A stretch of DNA of 22,469 nucleotides from Tubiluchus corallicola (taxonomy: Eukaryota > Animalia > Priapulida), in contig JAQGDQ010001883.1 in assembly GCA_030141605.1 (NCBI GenBank), positions 1 through 22,469 on the forward strand, in the 5' to 3' direction. Below the pieces are notes generated by a model that was not told the DNA's origin, did no database searches, and worked only from the letters and a program-made list of their open reading frames with translations. The stretch's first letter is position 1, and each line of letters starts with the position of its first letter. The position numbers were made by a program, and so were the translations under genes. This document shows, in pieces, positions 13,501 to 20,621 of the stretch.

Positions 13501-16500
13501 GCAGCACGTGTTTTTTTGTGTAATAGCGAATGGTGAAATGCATGAAACAGCGAAGAACTAGTGGCGCGAACATGAAATTGTGTTTGTGTCGTAATAATTC
13601 TTTCACGTAAATCATTTTCGCAAAAAATTATGTTCCCTTTCAATAGTTTATAGTGTAGATTATTTTAAGGCATGGGTTTTAGGACAAGAAAATGCCCAAC
13701 CAAAGTAAGCCTCTGAAATTTCGCAAAAAAAAATCTATCACCTAAGTATAATCTTAAGCGAATAAAGTACTCACGTTTTCGCATTTACTCCAATTTTTGC
13801 AAAATATTTCAACCGCTGCAGTGAACGTTGACGCAGACATGTTTCATTTAGTCCGCCAATTGAAAAGCCAGCATGTGACTGATCACGTGGTATGACATCA
13901 CTCGAACACAGTCGCACTGAGTTCTGAGCACGTGTACTGTAAATCTTTGCGTTGTGGTTCTGTGACGCCATCTACTGATCACGTGGCATGACGTCACTCG
14001 AACACAGTCGCAGTGAGTTCTGAGCACGTGTACTACAAATCTTTGTGTTGTGGTTCTCTGACGTCATCTAATATGGCACTACCGTGACAGTCTCGCGGGG
14101 GTATTTAAAATGAAAACAAACAGGAAATTCTTTTAACGTGGGTGTGATAAACACTTAAGATTGCCTCTAACCGTTATAATTCTTTAATTTTCTCAGACTT
14201 GCTTTAACTTGACCTTTTCTTGTCCTTTAAGATTGACCACCAGTCTTAATGGTGGGTCCAGTTTTTCTTTTATTCAGCTGGTACATTGACACGTGAACAT
14301 TCTTTGTTTCTCAAGTTTAAGAGTAATTCTAATCTTAACCACTGACTGACTGACTGACTGACTGACTGGCTGGCTGACTGACTGACTGACTGACTGAGTG
14401 ACTGACTGACTGACTCACTGACTCACTGACTGACTGACTGACTGACTGACTGACTGACTGACTGACAGTGCGCTTAAGCAACCTCGGAGTAAAATCCCTC
14501 TATTGTTAGAAATTCATTAATGATTTTCTGATTTGTGATGACGTCATGTGTAAATATTTGCTACATGTTAGCTCATTTTATTATTATTATTTTCAGACGA
14601 ATCTGTTTTTTCTCTGCAACATTATGCGTGTACTCATAACCAAACTCAGAGCTGTCAACACAGCAGAGTCGCATCAAACGCTGTAAGTTTCACACTTAGT
14701 CTTTTCACACTGAAAGGGTTTACTTACCTTTCTGTCAACACAGCAGAGTCGCATCAAACGCTGTAAGTTTCTCACTTAGTCTTTTCACACTGAAACGGTT
14801 TACTTACCGTTGTGTCAACACAACAGTGTCGCATCAAACTCTCTACGTTTCACGCTTAGACTTTTCACACTGAAAGGGTTTACTTACTGTTCGGTCAACA
14901 CAACAGAATCGTATCAAACTGTCTAAGTTCCACACTTAGTCTTTTCACACTGAAAGGGTTTACTTACCTTAATTTCTTCAAAAGACATTTTGGTCTTCGA
15001 CCTATACACCTGCAGAGCACAAAACTGCACATAAAACTGCTACTAAATAGAGTATTTTTTGTCACTGTTAGGTCAGCTGACAGAGCATGGGAGTTCTAGT
15101 CCTAGGTCTCGTGTTCAAATCCCGACTAGTCCACAAGTTTTAGCATCTCCTTCCTTTCTCTAACTCATTACCTGCAATGGGTGATAAGTGTTACCCATTA
15201 TTACTATTAGCTATTTATTACTGTATCAATTTTTTTTCTACACTTGTTTATTCATTACCTATTTGGCTTCTGCTAAATACATAATTAGTGCATAATTTAC
15301 TGTATCAATTTCTTTACTGGTCTGTTTATTCATTACCTATTTGGCTTTTTGTAAATACGTAATTATTGCATAATGTTCTATACTGTAAGCTCTACCTATA
15401 TAAACTGTTCTTATGTTTGTAAAAATTTACCACCGATGATGACAGCAGTAGTATGTCGAAACGTTTGACATGATTTTTAGCTATGTAAACTTAAAGTTTT
15501 AATGAAGTTGTGTTGTTTTAACTATAAGTGTTTTTTTATTAATTTATTATTATTTTTATTATTTTTGCAGAAAAGCAGCTCGTGCAGTATTAATTCTCAT
15601 TCCTCTGCTTGGTGTTTACTATGTGATCTTGTCAATACCACCCAAAGAGGGTCCAGCCAAAAAAGTTTACCAAAAACTATTAGCCATCTCATCATCTTTT
15701 CAGGTACGATATTGATTAGTGATCAGCTTTATTGATTAGTGATCAGTTTTATTGATTACTGATCAGTTTTATTGATTAGTGATCAGCTTTATTGATTAGT
15801 GATCAGCTTTATTGATTAGTGATCAGTTTTATTGATTAGTGATCAGTTTTATTGATTAGTGATCAGCTTTATTGATTACTGATCAGCTTTATTGATTACT
15901 GATCAGTTTTATTGATTACTGATCAGTTTTATTGATTAGTGATCAGCTTTATTGATTAGTGATCAGCTTTATTGATTAGTGATCAGTTTTATTGATTAGT
16001 GATCAGTTTTATTGATTAGTGATCAGTTTTATTGATTAGTGATCAGCTTTATTGATTAGTGATCAGCTTTATTGATTAGTGATCAGTTTTATTGATTACT
16101 GATCAGTTTTATTGATTAGTGATCAGCTTTATTGATTAGTGATCAGCTTTATTGATTAGTGATTACTTTTATTGATTAGTGATCAGTTTTATTGATTAGT
16201 GATCAGCTTTATTGATTAGTGATCAGTTTTATCGATTAGTGATCAGCTTTATTGATTAGTGATCAGCTTATTGATTAGTGATCAGCTTTATTGATTAATG
16301 ATCAGCTTTATTGATTAATGATCAGCTTTATTGATTAGTGATCAGTTTTATTGATTAGTGATCAGTTTTATTGATTAGTGATCAGTTTTATTGATTAGTG
16401 ATCAGTTTTATTGATTAGTGATCAGTTTTATTGGTTAGTGATCAGTTTTATTGATTAGTGATCAGTTTTATTGATTAGTGATCAGTTTTATTAATTATGA

Positions 16501-17590
16501 TCAGTTTTATTGATTAGCGATCAGTTTTATTGATTAGCGATCAGTTTTATTGATTAGTGATCAGCTTTATTCATTAGTGATCAGCTTTATTGATTAGTGA
16601 TCAGTTTTATTGATTAGTGATCAGTTTTATTGATTAGTGATCAGTTTTATTGATTACTGATCAGTTTTATTGATTACTGATCAGTTTTATTGATTACTGA
16701 TCAGTTTTATTGATTACTGATCAGTTTTATTGATTAGTGATCAGTTTTATTAATTATGATCAGTTTTATTGATTAGCGATCAGTTTTATTGATTAGCGAT
16801 CAGTTTTATTGATTAGTGATCAGCTTTATTCATTAGTGATCAGCTTTATTGATTAGTGATCAGTTTTATTGATTAGTGATCAGTTTTATTGATTAGTGAT
16901 CAGTTTTATTGATTAGTGATCAGTTTTATTGATTAGTGATCAGTTTTATTGATTAGTGATCAGTTTTATTGATTAGTGATCAGCTTTATTGATTAGTGAT
17001 CAGCTTTATTGATTACTGATCAGCTTTATTGATTAGTGATCAGCTTTATTGATTAGTGATCAGCTTTATTGATTACTGATCAGTTTTATCGATTAGTGAT
17101 CAGCTTTATTGATTAGTGATCAGCTTATTGATTAGTGATCAGTTTTAATGTTACAAAGAAGAAGTTTTAGTGTTAGTATAAACTCTTTCTCAAGATTACA
17201 GGCTGTAAATTTTTGTTATGTGATGCACACAGCACTAAATATTACGACATTGTGCACAATTGTGCAAATAGTTATCTTGGAGTTGCTTATTAGCTCACAC
17301 AACTTCCCTATTGAAAAACGCCGACACGCCAAACCTACAATCCCCCTTAACGAATGTTATTGTGCAGTAGTAAATGATGAATTCTTAAATTTAATATGTG
17401 CAACAAATAATTTATTGGCACTGACCCTTTAGTAATCAAACATGTTAACTGTGTTCTGGTCACGTGATTAATTAAGCTTATTTTTTGTTACCGTTTATGT
17501 TACAACAATTTTTACTGTTACTTTGTTCTTCGACACGTTTTTTCTTAAACTAATCTTATGTTGCTCTTTTTTCAGGGTTTTTTTTTGTGG
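3555..17590 (+). CDS. Partial multi-exon class B (secretin-family) GPCR, calcitonin/CGRP/DH31-receptor-like; N-terminus and TM1 not seen in the window, 3' end lost at the bacterial junction
   Basis: Manual splicing of six GT-AG exons with compatible phases (2,0,1,2,0,2,0) gives one open frame with class B motifs: CTRITIHKNLF, NYLWMFCEGVYLH, IGWGFP, NCW, NLFFLCNIMRVLITKLR, KAARAVLILIPLLG, SFQ|GFF. Confidence 0.93.
3697..3992. repeat. Diverged tandem duplication, 2 x ~152 bp
   Basis: tattaaattatgaattta ... gcactgtatgtat ... gaaccagataccccgcgt occurs twice (starting 3697 and 3849). Confidence 0.8.
4110..4449. repeat. T/pyrimidine-rich degenerate repeat, block 1
   Basis: Recurrent ttctgctttacatatcttt..ttactctatttt motif, shared with 5500-6000. 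Confidence 0.7.
4760..5401. repeat. Minisatellite with a composite 83-bp unit (27+56 bp), each subunit starting gggccgccatcttgtgtt
   Basis: Units in 83-bp register at about 4988, 5071, 5154, 5237 and 5320; more diverged units at 4760-4987. Confidence 0.92.
5415..6025. repeat. T/pyrimidine-rich degenerate repeat, block 2
   Basis: ttcctctttctctgtttttattgtct ... tttatcattctcacttctg.tttacatat repeated about three times; explains the Phe/Leu/Ser-rich spurious ORFs. Confidence 0.7.
6362..6962. repeat. Tandem repeat, 5 x ~120 bp
   Basis: ccctccacttac.tcaa ... ggacttgcgccggcagtaacgctgtataaaacatgtaaatttaaact at about 6362, 6474, 6594, 6716 and 6838. Confidence 0.93.
7276..7530. repeat. Imperfect (GA)n polypurine microsatellite
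   Basis: Direct inspection. Confidence 0.95.
7771..7924 (+). CDS. GPCR exon (TM3-ICL2-start of TM4), 154 nt
   Basis: tttctttcAG| acceptor and TGGG|GTacgt donor; LWCQIFHVVNQYFTACNYLWMFCEGVYLHTMIVFAFVTEKHIMKVLIVIGWG (lies inside ORF 7747-7968). Confidence 0.95.
8744..8883. repeat. Tandem duplication, 2 x 70 bp
   Basis: acgctgcactgctggtgtctgctg.tat.tagagaaagtactgccgct.acacagtttgtcgt.agttgt twice. Confidence 0.88.
9641..10270. repeat. 20-bp minisatellite (taacttacYtggtaccatac), about 31 units
   Basis: Strict 20-bp period, GGTACC palindrome, no spacers. Confidence 0.96.
10379..10448 (+). CDS. GPCR exon (TM4-ECL2), 70 nt
   Basis: ttttgcAG|GA TTT CCC ... GAT AA|GTaagt; (G)FPALLAVTYGVVRGLQPDGNID(N), completing the GWGxP motif. 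Confidence 0.88.
11590..12490. repeat. Interspersed repeat family, several partial copies (probably non-autonomous TE-derived)
   Basis: gacatcacaaactaacataattttcaa and gaagtacagtgct.ctgtgagatattcagtgtgttgtactaaaactag blocks recur at ~11700-11850, 12140, 12335-12480; 11915-12020 matches the core of the 160-bp unit at 535-640. Confidence 0.75.
12620..12856. repeat. (CTGA)n/(CTCA)n/(CCGA)n microsatellite
   Basis: Direct inspection. Confidence 0.93.
12964..13027 (+). CDS. GPCR exon (ECL2 CW motif, start of TM5), 64 nt
   Basis: ttttattttcAG|C TGT TGG ... ATA GTG|GTgagt; (N)CWIAESKYSWIISAPVCLSIV. Confidence 0.9.
13160..13655. repeat. Further copy of the interspersed repeat family
   Basis: Colinear with 11590-12020; its 3' part (catgaaatt ... 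ccctttcaatagtttatag) resembles 975-1060. Confidence 0.72.
13878..14070. repeat. Tandem duplication, 2 x 96 bp
   Basis: actgatcacgtgg.atgac.tcactcgaacacagtcgca.tgagttctgagcacgtgtact at 13878 and 13974. Confidence 0.88.
14341..14466. repeat. (ACTG)n microsatellite
   Basis: Direct inspection. Confidence 0.93.
14597..14682 (+). CDS. GPCR exon (TM5-ICL3), 86 nt
   Basis: ttttcAG|ACG AAT ... ACG CT|GTaagt; TNLFFLCNIMRVLITKLRAVNTAESHQT(L). Confidence 0.92.
14652..14970 (+). repeat. Tandem repeat, 4 x 80 bp, spanning the exon 3' end and splice donor
   Basis: gtcaacaca.caga.tcgcatcaaac ... cttagtcttttcacactgaaagggtttacttac at 80-bp period (14654, 14734, 14814, ~14895). Confidence 0.92.
15062..15133 (+). 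other. Degenerate tRNA-like sequence (tRNA pseudogene or head of a tRNA-derived SINE)
   Basis: A-box-like taggtcagctgacagagc, stem-loop tggga-gttctag-tccta and B-box gttcaaatccc at tRNA spacing; acceptor and D stems are imperfect. Confidence 0.55.
15571..15703 (+). CDS. GPCR exon (TM6-ECL3-TM7), 133 nt
   Basis: atttttgcAG|A AAA GCA ... TTT CAG|GTacga; KAARAVLILIPLLGVYYVILSIPPKEGPAKKVYQKLLAISSSFQ. Confidence 0.93.
15711..17146. repeat. 20-bp minisatellite (attgattagtgatcagYttt), about 72 units
   Basis: 20-bp period with TGATCA palindrome and a few 19-bp units; starts 8 nt after the donor at 15703; no spacers. Confidence 0.97.
17576..17590 (+). CDS. Start of the GPCR TM7-end exon (GFF[V]), truncated by bacterial DNA
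   Basis: Polypyrimidine tract ttgctcttttttcAG then GGT TTT TTT (tt) GTG G, matching the class B 'FQ|GFFV' exon boundary; the expected 'C F x N x E V' continuation is absent. Confidence 0.7.
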
Positions 17591-18294
17591 ATTATATTTT
17601 TCAAAACAAAGAAAATATGCAATTTTTTATTGATAATAAGATCATAACAGATAAATATAAGATAATACCAGGGTCTGGAGTGAACCTTACTGAATATGGT
17701 TTTGAGAAATATCCTAAAAATAGGAGTATAGTGAAATTTCTTTTTATAGGAAGAGTAATGGAAGCAAAAGGAATAGAGGAATTAGTAGAAGCTGCGAATA
17801 TAATAAAAGAGAAATATGATTTTGTTCAATTCGATGCAATTGGATTTGTGGAAAAAGAATATGAAGAAAAAGCATTAAAATTGAAAAAAAGAGAAATAAT
17901 TAAATTTCATGGATTAGTTAGCAATGTAAAAGATTATATAAAAGAGTGCGATGCTATAATTCATCCTTCTTATCATGAAGGAATGGCAAATGTATTACTG
18001 GAGGCAGCCTCTATAGGGAGACCGATACTGGCTTCAAGTATACCTGGATGTAAAGAAACTTTTGATAATGAAATTAGTGGTTTTGGGTTTGAACCTAAAA
18101 ATGTAAAAAAATTATGTGATGTAATTGAAAAATTTCTGAATTTAAGCTATGAAAAAAGAAAAATAATGGGATTAGCCGGAAGAAAAAAAATGGAAAAAGA
18201 ATTTGATAGAAGTATAGTAATAACAGAGTATATGAAAGCAATTAATAATATTTTATTAAGGGGGAAGCAAAATAAGTCTATTTCAAGTGATTAA
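17587..18294 (+). CDS. Glycosyltransferase family 4 (GT-B), 5'-truncated bacterial gene
   Basis: FQNxEN, IPGSGVN, FLFIGRVMEAKG and PSYHEGMANVLLEA (EX7E) motifs; 235 aa with no RBS and no N-terminal domain, so the GTG at 17587 is not a real start. Confidence 0.88.
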   Translation: MDYIFQNKENMQFFIDNKIITDKYKIIPGSGVNLTEYGFEKYPKNRSIVKFLFIGRVMEAKGIEELVEAANIIKEKYDFVQFDAIGFVEKEYEEKALKLKKREIIKFHGLVSNVKDYIKECDAIIHPSYHEGMANVLLEAASIGRPILASSIPGCKETFDNEISGFGFEPKNVKKLCDVIEKFLNLSYEKRKIMGLAGRKKMEKEFDRSIVITEYMKAINNILLRGKQNKSISSD

Positions 18295-19643
18295 AAATAG
18301 AGAGGAAAAAATTTCTATAATTGGATTTGGTTATTTAGGTATGCCTTTAGCTATATCTTTTGAAAAAGTTGCAGATGTTGTTGGTTTTGATATTTATAAA
18401 GAAAAAGTTGAATTGTATATTAATGGAATAGATGTAACAAAAGAGGTTGGAGACGAAGCTATAAAGAGTACCATGCGTATTTACTAGCGATGAAAACTTA
18501 AAAGATTCAAAATTTCATATTGTAGCAGTTCCAACTCCTATTAACCCAGATCATACCCCAGGCTTGAAACCTGTTGAATCTGCAAGTAAAACAGTAGGAA
18601 GAAATTTGGCAAAAGGTTCAATAGTTGTTTTTGAATCAACCGTTTATCTTGGAGTTACAGAGGAAATTTGTATTCCGGTCCTTGAAAAAGAGTCAGGAAT
18701 GAAATGTGGTGTTGATTTTAAAATAGGATATTCTCCAGAAAGGATTAACCCAGGTGATAAAACTCATAGATTAGAAAAAATTGTTAAGGTAGTGCCTAGA
18801 ATTGATGAGGAATCTCTTGACATTATATCTAAAGTTTATGAAATGGTGGTTGATGCTGGAGTCTATAAGGCAGAAACAATAAAAGTTGCTAAAACAGCTA
18901 AAGTTATTGAAAATTCTCAAAGAGATATAAATATTGCATTTATGAATGAGTTATCTATTATATTTAATAAAATGGGTATTGATACAAAAGCAGTTTTAGA
19001 AGCAGCAGGAACTAAGTGGAATTTCTTAAACTTTACTCCAGGTCTTGTTGGTGGACATTGTATAGGAGTTGATCCATACTACTTAACATACAAAGCAGAA
19101 GAGATGGGTTACTATTCTCAAATTATTCTATCAGGTAGAAAAATAAATGATGGTATGGGTAAATATGTAGCTGAAAATATAGTTAAGAATATGATAAAAG
19201 CTAATAAACAAATAAAAGGTTCAAAAGTAGCTATATTTGGAGTAACTTTCAAAGAAAACTGTCCAGATGTTAGAAATACAAAAGTAATAGATATTATAAA
19301 AGAATTAGAGGAGTACGGAATAAAGGTAAAAGTTATAGATCCAGTGGCAGATAGAGAGGATTTATTGTATGAATATGGAATAAAACCGTGTAATATAAAA
19401 GAAATAGAGAATATGGATGCAGCTATATTTGCAGTTCCTCATGAAGAATTTAAATCTATAGAACTAGATGATATTAAGAAAATGCTTACATATACAGAAA
19501 ATTCTTATAAAAATGTAGAAAATAAAGTTACTGCAGTATCTGAAGTAGATAATACACAAGTAAAATGTGTATTAATAGATGTAAAGGGTATGTTTAATAG
19601 AAAAGAAGCAGAGGCAATGAACTATTTATACTGGAGGCTATAA
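18272..19643 (+). pseudogene. tviB: Frameshifted nucleotide-sugar (UDP-GlcNAc/GalNAc) 6-dehydrogenase, TviB/VipA/WbpO-like
   Basis: ORF 18287-18487 has the Rossmann motif IIGFGYLGMPLA; the protein continues in another frame from ~18480 ([36 protein letters not shown]) into ORF 18564-19643 with [28 protein letters not shown] and [10 protein letters not shown]. Probable original start reads ATA at 18272, behind SD-like AAGGGGGAAG. Confidence 0.85.
19633..19637 (+). promoter_or_regulatory. Shine-Dalgarno site of the epimerase gene
   Basis: GGAGG 8 nt upstream of ATG 19646. Confidence 0.75.
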
Positions 19644-19645
19644 AC

Positions 19646-20620
19646 ATGGGGTATAAAAACATAAAATTTTTAAGAGGAACTAAGTTTTTAGTTACTGGTG
19701 CAGCAGGTTTTATAGGATCAAATTTGGTTGAAGCAATATTAAATTTAGGATATCAGGTAAAGGGACTAGATAATTTTTCAACTGGTAAGAGAGAAAATAT
19801 AGATTTATTTATAAATAACTCTAACTTTGAATTTATCGAAGGAGATATACGAAACTTAGATGATTGTATAAATGCTTGTGAAGGTGTAGATTTTGTTTTG
19901 CATCAAGCAGCTTGGGGGAGTGTTCCGAGAAGTATAGAGATGCCATTATTATATGAAGAAATAAATATTAGAGGTACTCTTAACATGATGGAAGCAGCTC
20001 ATAAAAATAATGTGAAGAAATTTGTTTATGCATCTAGCTCATCAGTGTATGGTGATGAACCAAACTTGCCAAAGAAGGAAGGAATAGAGGGAGACTTGCT
20101 CTCACCTTATGCTCTTACTAAGAGAGCAGATGAGGAATATGGTAAGTTATATACAAAGCTGTATGGACTTGATACTTATGGAATGCGTTATTTCAATGTA
20201 TTTGGAAGAAGACAAGATCCAAATGGAGCTTATGCTGCAGTTATTCCTAAATTTATTAAACAGCTTCTTAATAATGAACAACCAACTATAAATGGAGATG
20301 GAAAACAAAGTAGAGACTTTACATACATTGAAAATGTAATTGAAGCCAACCTAAAAGCATGCCAAGCATCTTCTGAAGTTGCTGGAAAAGCTTTTAACAT
20401 CGCGTATGGTGGTAGGGAATATCTAATAGATGTGTATAGTTCACTTTGTAAAGCTCTTGGCAAAAATATCATACCAATCTTTGGAGCAGATAGAAAAGGG
20501 GATATAAAGCATAGTAATGCTGATATAAATAAGGCAAAGGAGATGATAGCTTATGATCCAAGCTGGAGTTTTGAAAGAGGAATTGAATCTGCAATAGAAT
20601 GGTACAAGGAGAGCTTGTGA
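19646..20620 (+). CDS. tviC: NAD-dependent epimerase (extended SDR), UDP-GlcNAc(A) 4-epimerase, TviC/VipB/WbpP-like
   Basis: VTGAAGFIGSN, HQAAWGSVPRSI, ASSSSVYGD, YALTK (YxxxK), RYFNVFGRRQDPNGAYAAVIPKF and GDGKQSRDFTY; RBS GGAGG at 19633-19637. Confidence 0.92.
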   Translation: MGYKNIKFLRGTKFLVTGAAGFIGSNLVEAILNLGYQVKGLDNFSTGKRENIDLFINNSNFEFIEGDIRNLDDCINACEGVDFVLHQAAWGSVPRSIEMPLLYEEINIRGTLNMMEAAHKNNVKKFVYASSSSVYGDEPNLPKKEGIEGDLLSPYALTKRADEEYGKLYTKLYGLDTYGMRYFNVFGRRQDPNGAYAAVIPKFIKQLLNNEQPTINGDGKQSRDFTYIENVIEANLKACQASSEVAGKAFNIAYGGREYLIDVYSSLCKALGKNIIPIFGADRKGDIKHSNADINKAKEMIAYDPSWSFERGIESAIEWYKESL

Positions 20621-20621
20621 T

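Noticed and set aside
15711-17146. Possible CRISPR array or iteron set next to bacterial DNA
   Set aside because: No spacers and no rep gene; it lies within the GT-AG intron 15704-17575 on the host side.
17148-17432. 94-aa ORF just before the junction
   Set aside because: No recognisable motif or RBS; lies in the host intron.
18564-19643. Stand-alone 359-aa dehydrogenase starting at TTG 18564, or a programmed frameshift
   Set aside because: It lacks the NAD-binding N-terminus, which is in the upstream frame; there is no RBS and no recognisable slippery site at 18470-18487.
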